Part shown: in pieces, positions 50,401-62,938 of the stretch
How the letters are laid out: each line of letters opens with the position of its first letter
How positions within the stretch are numbered: position 1 is the stretch's first letter
NCBI GenBank assembly: GCA_002633005.1
Contig: NMRA01000016.1
Coordinates: 734,628-798,627 of the forward strand
Reading direction: 5' to 3'
Origin: Phoronis australis
Taxonomy: Eukaryota; Animalia; Phoronida
DNA length: 64,000 nt
Notes under the pieces: generated by a model
The model's input: only the letters and a program-made list of their open reading frames with translations
What the model was told of the DNA's origin: nothing
Databases searched by the model: none
Made by a program: the position numbers and the translations under genes

Positions 50401-53400
50401 CATTTTTGTTTCAGTTTTTGATTCTGTGCAGATTGTTTATAAAATTTACTAAAAATACCCACCATCAAACATTTATGGCCCAATGAAACAACAACGACCT
50501 GTAAATTTTTATTTTTTTGAAGTACGACCACCAGCCATTTTGAATTTAAATCAAACGCAACCACCCATAAATTTTTATTTCAGTTGCCTTCCCCCCTCCC
50601 ACACAGATTTTGCTGGAACAGCCTTTAGCAAAATTCCGTTTTTCTATTTCAAAGTTATCAATAAAATTAAAACGACCTGAAAATTGTCTTGCTTTTTTCT
50701 GCTGAATCAGGCTGCAGCTTTGTTTTACCGATAACTTGCTGCACGCTATGTTCATTGTATCTCAAAACAGTGAAAACAAAAGCCCATCTTCAGAGAGAAT
50801 GGTCAGTTCATGTCCAGAAACGTGGAATTTGATGGACTGTATTGAGTTCTTAATTTGTGACAAAAGCTAAAAATGTTAGTATCATGGTATCTACGCGAAA
50901 TCAGTTCAAAATTTCTACTTCTGAGAGAAAATAGATTCCTTAAATTCTGTCGGTTATCGTGGAAAATCAGGGTCTCTAGCCACGCTTTCTAAGCGCAGCA
51001 CGATAGCAATACCACTTCTGAGCTACACATCAAGCGTAAACATCACAACTGTGACTTACACTGGCATGGACAACGAAGTCATTCTCTTTGAGAACAAATG
51101 GCTTTATAACAGACGAGGCTACCTTGTCGCTGTGGTCAGTATGACCAAATATGGCGTCGTCATGACTGGACAGCTTAGTCTTCTGGTCCTGGAAGACATA
51201 TATAGACTATGAGAGGGACATCAAACGGACTTGAAAATAAGAAAAATGGCCACTAGGTGGTGCAGAATATGTCAAATCTCAAATTTTGTGAAAAATATGA
51301 TAAGGAATTGCACAGATGAAGAGACAAGCATGAAAAATTAAAATTGTCACTAAGGGACAAACCAGTAAATGGATTTATTTGAAAATTGTAATCAACTGTC
51401 ACCAGTTTCATAGAAACACACCAGTCCGGCTAAATTTTATGAAAATCCTCTAAACGGTTCGGGAGATTCAGCAGCAGAAACTGGATGCTTTGAAATGTCA
51501 TCGTCATAAAATTTCATCCACGCCACATGCAAGCAGTAAAGTATGTGTGTTGCATGTTTGCCATCTAGACACACAACATGTCAATGTTATATTTGATAGA
51601 TTACTAGCAGGACATTGTAGGTTTGGCAACAGTGTGGCTAAGCATTTGTCTAGCTGTTGTGTTAGATTTATTAGCTGTGTCTGGCACCACAGCTTGTCAA
51701 AGTCAAATTGTTATTAACAGGGTTGGAATTGAAAATCTGCTGGCGTCCCCACCATTGAGCACAGTACTTATTAGAAACGAGGGAACACAGCTTGATGGAA
51801 GTGGTTGACAGTTTTTAGATCTTGTTCAATCTGTCACACTTCTGCCTTGAATAAGTGCTATTTTTATTATTACAAATAACCTTTTATGAGAATGTCCATC
51901 AGAGCTTGATTTATCAACCTGCAGGTCGCCAATGCAACTTCACATTGTGCTTAACACCGCGAAGTCGCCACTGCGAGTATTGAAGTTAGACAGTAATTCT
52001 CCCGAAATTCGTTTAAAATTGATGGTGACTTCCAAACTTTAAATCACTATCACTTTTCCTATATTCAACTGGTGAGTATCATGGAAAATGTAATCACATC
52101 CGGAGTCAATTAGTCTTAACCTAGGATGTTGTGCTGACTCACTGAACCTTCATATCAAAGAGTCGCTGTTGATTCGTGAACAAATGGCTCAATATTCGTT
52201 AAACAATAATGTTACATGAAGACAGCTACACCCGTCGCCATGATGTGAGGGTATGTAGTGTCATTCTTACAAGTTGGACTTAGTTTGTGAGATGATGAGC
52301 AGTAGTTGGCTGTGGAACCATTCACTGGTTGTGTACTCACTCATGATGCTTGACTGGGAGTATTTATCTAAACATAAAATGTTCCCTTGAAAAGTGTTGC
52401 CGTTCTATTGCTATTAATGTTATGGTTGGAAATCAATATTTTCTATTAATTCCTGTTTCATAAAAATCAACTAAAATTGTTCAGTATTGTGCAGTGTGTA
52501 ACATATGTCGCGGCAGATTTCCAGAATAGGCTTCCAAAAAGGTAGCATTTCCTTTTATGTGCATACCTGCTGATTAGAATGGCCTGACTTGAATGTGCTA
52601 GGCACAAATCCTTCCTTTTCAATGTTCTGTATTTCTAACTGCCTAGCTGCTTGTTCAGCTGATGTCAACTTGTCCACGGGCAACATTCCCTGGTCCTTCA
52701 ACTTCTGGTCAGCGTCAGCTAATAATGGAAATGGTGTTACATACAAATGTAATACTACAATAATTAACTTTTGATTAGAGTCGCTTTCCCAATAGGAACT
52801 TCGGTTTACCGAAGCTTTGCCAAACTTCGCTTACCTTTCCCACTATATCGCTATGACAACAGATGACGCAGTTCCTTCGTACTGTCAAACGAATATTGAG
52901 TAGTGGGTTCGAGGCTAACTGAAAATTGTTCTCCTGCCATTTACGAGTGTGTCAGTGTCATACTTCATCAGATATAATTTCTTTTAATACACAACAATAA
53001 CAAAGAATACGTTTCGCAAGTCTCACGTGATCATATATCATTGTCATGACATCTATCGATAACTGCGACGAAGCTTGCAGTTTAACTACCGGAGTTATCG
53101 TTTCCCACTTAACGAAACTTTGGTAAAAGCTAAGTTTCCCTTATAATGGCGAAGCCACTTGAGACTACTCTCTGCAAAAAACTGGTCACGTCTTGCTCTT
53201 TACTCAAATTGGTGGAAAACTGACAGTTTGCTCTTGCTCGAGGGCATGCGCAGCATTTAAAATGGACTGCTGGGTCAAGACAATTTTAATACTGAGCATG
53301 CACCTGTGGTCTATTTCATGAAAAGTGACTCCAGTCAAGACTTAACACAAAAGTTTGGTCTTGTGCTCTCACTTCCCAATACAGATTAAAGGCTAAGAAA

Positions 53401-56400
53401 TGAAAAGTGCATCACAGTATAGAAACAATTCTGAAATTGTCTCATAACTAGCACTTACATGTATTTATTATGAGTTGTGTGAAGCATAAATTCATGACTT
53501 TTAAAAGTCACTTTTCATGAATCAAAGAGTGGACAATCACTTCCTCTCAGTACAGAAATCAGTTCAGGTTCAAGTAAAGAAGATTTAAGCCTAAATAAAA
53601 ATTAAGTTCGCTTCTCCTTACCTAACCCAACTGCTAAAAACTTGCCTACTCAGGAAAATTTATAGACAAAATTCCTCTGATTTTTTATGTATTACTGTAC
53701 ATTAAACGAAATGACATTGGTTGAATTATGGAATAAAAGTTGTAACTGTTTACTCTTTACCTGTTTTTCATATTTATGATCACTTGGTGCCCTTGGTGGT
53801 AAGTATAAAACATGTTTTGAGCATTCTTGGACATGATGGCAAAATTGATGTATGAAGTCGTAACTATTTTTTCTCTACCTACCCAGCCGAATGTTAAAAG
53901 TAGGGTCGGGTAAGAACAAACAAAGATAAGACTGGCCCTAGCAGTTAGTGTTTATATTCCACACAGGGTCAAAATCAAGTTAGATTTTTGTTAGAATGCT
54001 GGCGGACACCAGCTTGAAAGTTTAAAAACTGCGCGTTGCTTCCTTGAAAAAATGGCATGGGACGTCAACGTGGAATCAGGCATCATTACATGCTTCAACT
54101 AGCCAGCACATTTCTACAAAGTCATGCCGAAAGAGTGAAAATGGGCTGCACATGCACAGTCCAACTACAGTATTCAGACAAAATGAGCCTGAAATCTCCA
54201 TTATTATGGTTGGGTGGAAGCCAAATTCAGTCACAGTAGTTTTCCCTCATAATTGAGAATGAAGACAAATTAACAAGAAACTTAAGGTGACTGAGGAATT
54301 TTGCAACTGAAATTCCCCCTCCCTCAATAGTTATAACAAGCCATTTTTGCTGTTAAAACAATTAGCTGTCATATGGGGGAAATGGTATTTTGTCTGATTA
54401 TTGATGTCCAGACCTGCTCTGTACATTGTGGGCAAATGGTGACTACTTAAAGAAAGCAACAGTAATTACAATGTAGCAAATACATGTCAATTACCAGCAG
54501 CCTTGAGTGCCAACTGAAGTCGGGCCTTGTTCTGCTCAGCAGGAGTCTAAACAAACAGAAAAATAAAAGGACTATTAGCCAGAGGCAAGTTTCATGGTCT
54601 GTTACTAAGTTCGCAGGTACGTCGCAATGTTTGATGGTTTGTTACTCAGTTCACAGGTCCGCCACATTATCAGCACATGATGATCTACCTACTGCTAATT
54701 AACAATCAGTTTCACGATACTTGTTGGTGATAGCTTCACTGGCCAATATGTATAAGTCTGAATGGATGTCAGCACCAGCCAGGTCATGTCCTAATTAAGC
54801 AGATTTGATTCTTCAGATCAGTCTCTATGAGCTACAGAGTAAGCACAGCAATAATTCGAGTAAAGAAGGTGGAATGAATTTCTAAAATATCTACTCAAAC
54901 TATCAACTCAGCTTATAAATACATTTCCAGGAGCACACACAAACAAATGAAAGCCAGTTCAAAATTCAAAGTTCGAATGCCTTTCAAATCTCAGAAGCAA
55001 AACCAAACTAGGTAAAATTATATGGATACATTCAAAAATTCACAATTTTCAAATTCAAGGGATCATTAAAACGTACCAAGTCCTTGAATCCAGGGATACT
55101 TGTTACAGGATCACTGAAAAACATAGATTTTTATCAAATAATGAAAACTCCTCGACGGAAATGGAATAGAAATAGGAAATATTTCAAGTAGGCTCATCAA
55201 CTATTTTAAGTTTTCAGAAAGAAAACATCCCACAGTCTCTAGATGGAGCAGTGTAAGTTCGCAAAGCACTGCCACCCTTCATTGCGATTCTTTTTGCAGT
55301 TTGGATACAGAGGAGGGTGACAACAGACACTAAAACTTACAATAAAAAGGCCAATAGGGGGCATAACGTTAGTCAAATTTGTCTGAAATTTCCTGAACAT
55401 CCATAGTGAAGTTTTGGAGGTACAGCAGCAGATGCTGGATAGACGGAATGGAATGATGCAAAAATGCACCCACACACAAGTGAGCTCATAAAAATTTGAA
55501 CATTAAAGACAGATTTCACTAGAAAATATGAAACTGAGCTTATGAAGAAATTAAACCATGAAAACCAATAAGAGTCAGATGGAACAATTACAGAGCCGGA
55601 TTAAGGATTCTCAGAGCCTTAAACAAGTAATCAGGAGATAATGATACCTTTGTCCCCAAGGACATCACAACAGTTTTACCCTAAGCACCATAATCAGTTT
55701 TCAACTGAGACAACACCCTAATTTGTAGGGTGACCTCAGTTGCAGCCTAGTTAGCTTGATGATCATTCGGACAATGGACCAAGTAACAAGGCATGCCTAC
55801 CAGAAGGTTCAGTCTTACCTTATTCCAGGTGCTGGGCTGTTAGACGTGTGTCTACTAGTAGTAGCTGACCTGAAAGTATGAAAGACATGATTACTGCAAG
55901 ATTGTACAGTTGCCAGCAGAAACAATATGGATCAATTGGAAGTCATGCTAGCAGCTATCATCCACTAAGTCTCTTTTGACAAATGGCTTGCCAACAATGC
56001 ATCAGTGGTGAAACAGAGTGAGAATTCATGCAGAATGTACTGCAATGCCAATCACAAATGAAGTATTGCTTACCTTTCTGCTGATCGTCGTCTAGACTTT
56101 GACCTGCTTCGTGACCTCCTACGAGATCGAGACGAGCTTCTTGACCTCCGTCTTGAATACCTAGATGAATAGCGGTCATAGCTAGGCGACCTTCGAGACC
56201 TGCTCCGTGATCTCCTTGACCTCGTCTGTGACCTACTCCGTGACCTTCTTGACTTGCTAGCTGACCTTGACCTTCTGGTCCTACTTCCACTTCTGGACCT
56301 CCGGCTCGTTTTGGACTTCTTAGACTTTTTGTGCTTGGAACCTTTGTGCCTTTCACTACTTTTTGACCTGAAATACAATGGCAAGGCCACACAATTGCTT

Positions 56401-56691
56401 TGTGTTCATTGTTGTGGAATTTTTCTCCAAACTTAGAAATCACTACTGACCCGAGTAAGGCACAAGTTGAGACTAATTTTACATGACCTAATTCAAAAGC
56501 TCTGATGTTGTGTAGTAGCTACCAGATACTACCTTTTACTAACTTAAAGAAAAGCGGTATTTAAATTACATGTACAATAATCGTCATTTTCCCGTCATTT
56601 GTTCTTACCTTGATCTAGACCTGTTCTTCTTTTTCTTTTTTGACCTTTTGCGATGGTCGTCACTGTCATCGCTATCTGAATATTTAGACAT
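47381..56691 (-). CDS. RSRC1: Serine/arginine-related protein 53 (RS-rich coiled-coil 1), complete CDS, 8 coding exons, 295 aa
   Basis: Exons 56691-56609, 56367-56074, 55869-55819, 55113-55077, 54546-54495, 52718-52567, 51188-51060, 47470-47381; all GT-AG and phase-consistent (888 nt). RS domain, TPAEQNKARLQLALKAAA (human PPAEQAKARLQLVLEAAA), EIQNIEKEGFVPSTFKS (EIEAIESDSFVQQTFRS), C-terminal KW..RL...R...L.G. Confidence 0.92.
47476..47890. repeat. 59-bp minisatellite, 7 units
   Basis: Unit aacagcgagattctcatatatttctcaagcatccaggcttcatgctatggcatttataa at 59-bp spacing. Confidence 0.95.
49095..49602. mobile_element. 508-bp hAT-like MITE with 6-bp TSD
   Basis: Perfect 14-bp TIR cagggcttggaatt; TSD AGTAAG; empty site at 58601-58620. 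Confidence 0.95.
49991..50978. mobile_element. Older hAT-like MITE hosting the Harbinger MITE
   Basis: TIR cagagaccct(t)gattttcca / tggaaaatcagggtctcta; flanks gtcaca / gccacg (4/6). Confidence 0.7.
50057..50624. mobile_element. PIF/Harbinger-type (Tourist-like) MITE
   Basis: ~40-bp TIR gggctgttccagtaaaatctgt...; TTA TSD; empty site aaattagcaaaa near 59070. Confidence 0.9.
51060..51188 (-). CDS. RSRC1: RSRC1 coding exon 7 (SHDDAIFG...VVHAS)
   Basis: cttccag| and AGT|gtaagt; 43 open codons. Confidence 0.8.
52567..52718 (-). CDS. RSRC1: RSRC1 coding exon 6
   Basis: attag| and CAG|gtatgc. Confidence 0.9.
52778..53160. mobile_element. Degenerate palindromic MITE
   Basis: Left agtcgctttcccaataggaacttcggtttaccgaagc versus right reverse complement agtggcttcgccattataagggaaacttagcttttaccaaagt. 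Confidence 0.45.
53589..53937. mobile_element. Degenerate Zator-like MITE
   Basis: Subterminal ttacctaacccaact versus reverse complement ttacccgaccctact; taa/cta flanks. Confidence 0.4.
54495..54546 (-). CDS. RSRC1: RSRC1 coding exon 5 (TPAEQNKARLQLALKAA)
   Basis: gtttag| and G|gtaatt. Confidence 0.9.
55077..55113 (-). CDS. RSRC1: RSRC1 coding exon 4 (DPVTSIPGFKDL)
   Basis: tttttcag| and TTG|gtacgt; supplies the required phase 2-0 change. Confidence 0.8.
55819..55869 (-). CDS. RSRC1: RSRC1 coding exon 3
   Basis: ctttcag| and AG|gtaaga; 51 nt, frame-preserving. Confidence 0.7.
56074..56367 (-). CDS. RSRC1: RSRC1 coding exon 2 (RS domain)
   Basis: tttcag| and AG|gtaagc; RS dipeptide repeats. 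Confidence 0.9.
56609..56691 (-). CDS. RSRC1: RSRC1 coding exon 1 (MSKYSDSDDSDDHRKRSKKKKK...)
   Basis: accATG; acceptor tttttag| at 56707/56706; AG|gtaag donor. Confidence 0.85.
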
Positions 56692-56942
56692 GGTAGATGG
56701 ACTTGGCTAAAAATAGGAGGAATTAAGTTCGTATGTGTGAGGGTCAAAACAAAAGCAACGTGGAACAGCACTGATATGTGCTCACCTTGTACATCACATA
56801 CAGTGCACTAAATGCAGCAATGCTGGCAAACGGTAAAACAGCCTCTCGAGGGTTCAAAGCAAATCAGAAATACTGTCCTCAATAGGAACAGCAGCCACCC
56901 CGCACCATGAGCATGCGCGCACCCAGGGGGGGGGGGCTCGGA

Positions 56943-57136
56943 GGGCCACTAGGAAGCACGTTACAGGTCAAAAGGTCAAATCGGTCTGATACAGGTTGTG
57001 CTGCCATCTACGAGATAGTAACTTATTTGCCAAATTTCATGAACATCCACCATGCAGCTTGATAGATATCGATGACAAGCTCAAAGTAACAAAAATTTCA
57101 ATAGGGGACTCCGCAGTAGTTGAACTTGACAATAAA

Positions 57137-57175
<39 letters not shown>
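56943..57175. mobile_element. Helentron-associated (HINE/DINE-like) fragment ending in (CA)n
   Basis: aggtcaaaaggtca and ccaaatttcatgaa motifs followed by a CA microsatellite (57138-57174); similar motifs near 15300 and 51250-51470. Confidence 0.35.
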
Positions 57176-57178
<3 letters not shown>

Positions 57179-57350
57179 TGCCGTAACGGGAGAATTTTGA
57201 GTGGATTGGGGATGCATAAATCTCTTAATTTTTGTTATTCCCAGAAAAAATTGACTTGGTCAATACAAGGGACATTTTAAAAAGTTCTGTGAGAATTTGC
57301 TGTTACTTGGGTTGATTGGACAGAGCTGTTTATCATCTATTATGGTTGTA

Positions 57351-59338
57351 CGAGATTCTCATATATTTCCCAAGCATCCAGGCTTCATGCTATGGCATTT
57401 ATAAAACAGCGAGATTCTCATATATTTCTCAAGCATCCAGGCTTCATGCTATGGCATTTATAAAAAAGCGAGATTCTCATATATTTCTCAAGCATCCAGG
57501 CTTCATGCTATGGCATTTATATAAGGAATAAGCACGGGTTCTCAGAAATTGGTCATTTTTCATAAAATGTGCCTACAAATGCTTTAAATTCCTACAGACA
57601 TACTATAACATCAGTTTGAATATGGAAATCATGCTTTTAAATTCTACCTGGAACATCACCAAAATGTATAAATATTTTCATAGTAGGCAACACACACTGC
57701 ATACTCCGTCTTGCTGTTTGTAGTGATGGGCTACTGCAGTAGGTATTATAACATTTACTGGAACCAAAGTTGGACACTTTGACTGGTCAATTTTTTTGTT
57801 GTTTTTGATTCATGGCACCAATCAGCTTAATATCTGATATGTTGTTTGTATGTAACAAGGAAAGATGGCCTGTGGGTGAATACATGGCCTGAGTGCCCAC
57901 TAGTGTCACTTTCTAAGCAAAAATCCATCTTGTAGATCACGGTTGGCAAAATAATAAGAAGCAAAGTCGTATTTTTGGTAAGATGAAAACTTCTTGCATC
58001 AGGATCAAACAATTAACTGGACGGGACAGGTAGTGAAAATTTTGTCACTGAAAAAACAATTGGTCAGATACAAAAAATCTCAAATGACACACATTCCCTC
58101 AGTATTAGGAGGACTATCACCAATGGTCTTGTTTCGTTTTCATCAGTTTTGGTGAATGTATTACATAGAAATAAGTTGGCGATGAAAAATGGCGGCCTAA
58201 AATGGTTAGAAGGCATCAGTCAGGAAGCATTATCCACGGGTCTTGACGTTTTTCATGCCATATAATGTTTCTCATTGTGTTCTGATAAAAGTACACTGAT
58301 GATTTGAGATGGCGGACACCACTGCATCTGATGTAAAGTTAGAGGAATAAACACACAACACTAAAAGCCACCAGTATCTGTCTCAGTCCCATAACACGAA
58401 CAGAGACAATTTAAGATACTTAAAGAAGATACTGCATGTTACTTTAATCACATTTCTTAAGCTCCAACATGCAGTACAAGCCAAAAGTATTCACTGGCAA
58501 AATGACCTGTAATTTCCCGTCATGATGGCTGGCCAGATGATTGATGATTTCATAGTCAGTGTAGTCTTTCCTCATGACCATGAATAAAGGGGAATACACA
58601 GGAGAGTTAGTAAGGTAACTAAGATATCACTTTATTATAATTTCGCCACCCTGTTATTGCTGTAAACAGAATTAGACGTCATGACAGAAAACAGTATTTT
58701 GGCTGATAAGTATCGTCTTGTACTGTAAACATTGTATCTGAAAATTGTCATTTCAGAAATAATGTACAGTCAGTGCGCTCTTTTAGAAGTTGACAAAATC
58801 GTCCAAAACAAGGTGACCACATCTTTATAAGTACAGTGCGCGCCTAAAGTAAATGAACAAAATGACCCAGAATTCCCCACCATGACGCCTAAGTGCAAGC
58901 GGAACACATCACCAGAGTTTCTGAAATGATGAGGAAATGTTTTTTTTTGTCCACTTTGGCATGCATTGTACTTTTCAGTAGTGATAGAATATGTCACACA
59001 AAGACCCTAATTTTTGATTTTCCATTTTCAAAAACTGTTGAAATAAAATTTTGCTTTACCAGTTTTGTAAATTAGCAAAATTCCGTTTTTCTATTTCAAA
59101 GATATCAATAGAATTAAAACAACCTGAAAATTGTCTTGCTTTTTTCTGCTGTATCAGGCTGCAGCTTTGTTTTACCGATAACTTGCTGCACGCTACGTTC
59201 ATTGTATCTCAAAACAGTGAAAACAACAGCCCATCTTCAGAGAGAATGGTCACTTCATGTCCAGAAACGTGGAATTTGATGGACTGTATTGAGTTCTTAA
59301 TTTGTGACAAAAGCTAAAAATGTTAGTATCATGGTATC
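57351..59338. repeat. Copy 2 of the ~2-kb segmental repeat (3 minisatellite units, MITE-free sites)
   Basis: Colinear with 47481-50891. Confidence 0.95.
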
Positions 59339-60211
59339 AGGAAGAGATAACCAGGAAGGGACAACTGTTTTAGCGCATTTTAACGGATATTCAAAAGTGA
59401 TTTCAAAAGTAAATGTTAAAGTCGTCTGGAATCCAAGCATTGTGTTCGAAAGCTTAACTCCTTAGCTATAAAATGACACCACTTTGGTCCCCAAAGACTG
59501 TATATTAATGGCACTAGGATGCTCTGAACATGACTTGTTTTACCCTTAAAAAGATGCCTCTTCCCAGGCATGTACTCGGGCATGATCCTCTTTTTTGAAC
59601 CAACAGATGTCACTTATATATGCAAATGAGGCTCGCATCTCCTACGTCATATGACGTCATACGATGTCATACGACACGAACTTCCAATTTGAACCCTCCG
59701 GTGCCTATAGCGAATGACTTGAAACGCAGTTCTACCTGATTGGGCAGATCTAAGAAAATTAAGAACTCACACAAGTCAATGTTCAAAGAACATTGAATGG
59801 TTTCACATGAAAATACATTTAATTGTATTTGGATGCGCTTGCATATGTGTAAGCGTGGACTTTGTCATTTTGCTTAAATCCAGATTTAGAAGCACTACAT
59901 GTAGGTACGAAATTAGCTGCTCCCGCCACGGGTGGCAGGTGTCGTGGCGTCCGAGTCGCCATAGACCCTATTCACGCCGACAGGAGGCGCGTTCCAAAAC
60001 GAGGCTCGCTACGATAGCTCTGTTAGCTTATCGGCATAGGAGTCTGTGTTTCAGTCAGTGTTGTTCCCCGAACGGCTAGAAAAAATACGGACACGCTTCA
60101 CAATCTCTAAAGACGTTTAGATTCGGAAGCGTTGGGTCGTTGCCATACGCCGACGAAGCAAAATATGTCCGTGTAAAATAAATGTTTTCGAAAAGTTAGA
60201 TCATATTTTGT

Positions 60212-60276
60212 NNNNNNNNNNNNNNNNNNNNNNNNNNNNNNNNNNNNNNNNNNNNNNNNNNNNNNNNNNNNNNNNN
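60212..60276. other. Assembly gap (65 N)
   Basis: Run of N. Confidence 1.
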
Positions 60277-60730
60277 TGTGACTAATTGCACATGACAGCC
60301 ACCATTGTCGAATATGCCTTCAACTCGTCAACAATACGAGCAGATGACCTGGTCCGCGTAGAAAGTATTTTGATCAACAATTTACACGAAAATAGTAACC
60401 CTGCATTCAGCATAATACCTAATCCGTAACACTACGATCGCCGCAATTTGGTCATATTTACTTTTCATATTTCGAACTTAGTTTTCCGAGAAAAATTAAA
60501 CCCTTTTGTCAGACAACTCTTTGACGCCTTAACTTGTTCTCTAATGTAATTTTCTACGTCTGTGTGGTTTAACTGTTGACACATTATTAAAATTCAATAT
60601 CCAGGTTGGACTCGAAAGACCGGCTATTTAACTCACGCAATGTCTACTTTCGCTTTGTTTATCGCAGTGAGCCTCGCTTTGGATTTTAATGTCTGCCGCG
60701 TGAATAGAGTCTATGCATGCGAAATTCGAC

Positions 60731-60820
60731 GAACTAATGCTAGTCGCTGGTCAGCTCCGCTATGATTCATGCGCAATTCCAAGAACTAATGCTACTAGAG
60801 TCGCTGGTCAGCTCCGCTGT
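60731..60820. repeat. Imperfect ~52-bp tandem duplication
   Basis: gaactaatgcta...gtcgctggtcagctccgct occurs twice. Confidence 0.8.
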
Positions 60821-61515
60821 TCATTTGAGACGTGCGGCTTAACTCGAACCTATACCCGTGTTCTGGCTACAAGGTCGTTCTGTTTGACCCAGTTTCGGGA
60901 AAAGTTTATTTTAATACGGTCATTTCCTGAAGATTTTTTTGAAAGATATGATCCCGAAATCCTTGGCCTATAGAGCTGTATCAAAATTCATTGTTGAAAC
61001 ACAGCCACTGGTCCAGCTTCTGCCGCCGGGCGGCTGGGCCGGGGAAAATGCTATGGAACGCGTGTCCCAAAAATGCACACACTTCAACTTGTCTTGCAGT
61101 TCAAGTTCTTTTCCCGTCAATCACTGTGCGCGGATTCTACGCAGGCAGCCAACACCTTATTTTTAACGTGGGTGCGTCACTGAGTCACGACGTGTCCAGC
61201 CTTTGCAGTATGCACGGGAATGTCAAGCAAACGATTCGGTTTAGAAGAACCTAAATTCATTGCACAATACTACTGGGAACTGTGACAAGCATCAAGGAAA
61301 TGCAAATACAATCTTTCCAAATTTACGAGCAATGACTTGAATTTCTTTTTCGATCCGATCTACGGTTTGTAAATTTTTGAATTTCTTTAGTCCAGTTTTT
61401 TTTAAATTCAATACATTCATGAATATCACTGTTATCGTTTAGAGTCCTTCTTTGCGATATGGTGGTCTGATGATGGTTCGAATTTCTGCAAGTCCGTCCT
61501 TCAGCCGTCAACTAA

Positions 61516-62506
61516 GTTCAGTGACGCATCGCCATTTCTTACAAGGCAGCTCCTGTGCTGTGCACGAATGTTTTGAGTTTTTGATGAATTTGAAATCTCA
61601 AATTCCCCTCGTGAGTAGTTGGCAGTGTCATGTCGGAGGTGTATAGAGGGCGCAGCACTGAAAAAAGTGGGGGCTAAAGCCCCCTCGGCCCCCCTGCAGT
61701 GCACCGCCTATGGGCCACTGAAAAACTTAAACTGAATAAAAGGAGAATGCCACCCGATTTAATTAGTCTTTTTTACCTTATTAATTGGTCTATATCCACA
61801 TCGCCTCGCACACGGTCGACCTTATCTTGCCAAGAGGTGTCTCGTAAACCTGTGAGGAAGGTGAGAAACGACGCTAACGACGTCAGTGGTTCATCTGCAC
61901 TAAATGAGAGTGAATGCCGCTATGTTGCGGTGCATCGTTCCCGCTTGTGCGAGCTATGCAACTGCGAGGAAAGTGGGAATATCGTTTTTTCGATTTCCTC
62001 GAGAGTCCGAAATGTTTAGGAAGTGGATCGCAGTAGTGAAGAATGAAAAGTACCCTGTAAATAGCAAGTATGAGGCCGTGGAACATCTCCTTGTCTGTGG
62101 CCTGCAGTGGTCGACAGCCGCGTGAGTGCCTGACGATTCCCAGCTTTCCAAATAACTATCCCCTACGTTCCGTTGTCTGAGCTTGTTCACGGCGCCTCTT
62201 TAGTATTTCTTCATCACTGTATTCCTGTTCGAACTGATAGCCTGTGAAACCTAACGATCCACCTGCGAAGTCTTCGTCGGGACTGATGAGCTCTCGTCTA
62301 AGTCGCGGGTGATTGCGAGTTGCCATGTTGACGTTTATCACTGAGCGTTCTGTTTCAAAATGAATTATTCTCACCCTAACCAATACTTATATAAAATTGA
62401 AACAAAGTCTGTCTCATTAGATGCAATTCGTAATGCCTTTGGAGTGTTCCTGGGTGCAAACATGATTTGAGAAGCCAGCAATGAATAAATCCCTGCGTCA
62501 CCGGCT
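61516..62506. mobile_element. Internally deleted Kolobok-like DNA transposon (THAP fragment and convergent second ORF)
   Basis: Plus 61922-62125 MLRCIVPAC...GISFFRFPRE..FRKW...LLVCG (THAP zinc finger); minus from 62326 ...GYQFEQEYSDEE; imperfect TIR gttcagtgacgca / agccggtgacgca (9/13) flanked by ctaa and ttaa. Confidence 0.6.
61642..61712. mobile_element. Mini-MITE, same family as 16331-16409
   Basis: Shared core gcactgaaaaaagtgggg(t/g)ctaaagc; TSD decayed. Confidence 0.75.
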
Positions 62507-62694
62507 TTAAGTGCAATAAAACTAATTGACGGGACACCGAGGCCGTCGTGTGAGCTCATGCTAATTTAGTGTTAGGTGGCAGAAACTGTTGTGAAACAAC
62601 TCGATTTCCATACCACGGTCAGGTGTTAGGGGAAACTTTATTTATATTTGCATTATTCAAATAATGATTGTCAATGTACAGCTTCTGCCCTGAC

Positions 62695-62938
62695 CATACA
62701 CGCACCCAGGGGGGCTCGGGGGCTCGAACGAGCTAGGGCAAAGTGGCGAAGTGGACAAAAAGGTCCGCCTCTGGGAAACAAAAAGTTCGAGAAAATGAGA
62801 CTAAAGTCCTCTAAATAAGCACAATCGCGCAGTTCACATTGGTGCCCCGTTTTTTTAGCTCACCCGCTTTTTTGTTACCAAAAGGTCCACAACGTCAGAA
62901 ATTCGAGCCTCCCATATTGAAGGCTGGGTGTGAGCATG
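62695..62938. mobile_element. 244-bp MITE with perfect 5-bp TSD
   Basis: catacacgcacccag ... ctgggtgtgagcatg; CTGAC on both sides. Confidence 0.85.

Larger units (their letters stand above)
47481..50891. repeat. Copy 1 of a ~2-kb direct segmental repeat (plus two later MITE insertions)
   Basis: Colinear with 57351-59338 throughout. Confidence 0.95.

Noticed and set aside
55958-56443. 161-aa alternative-frame ORF over the RS exon
   Set aside because: By-product of the low-complexity RS codons; splice phases support only the RS frame.
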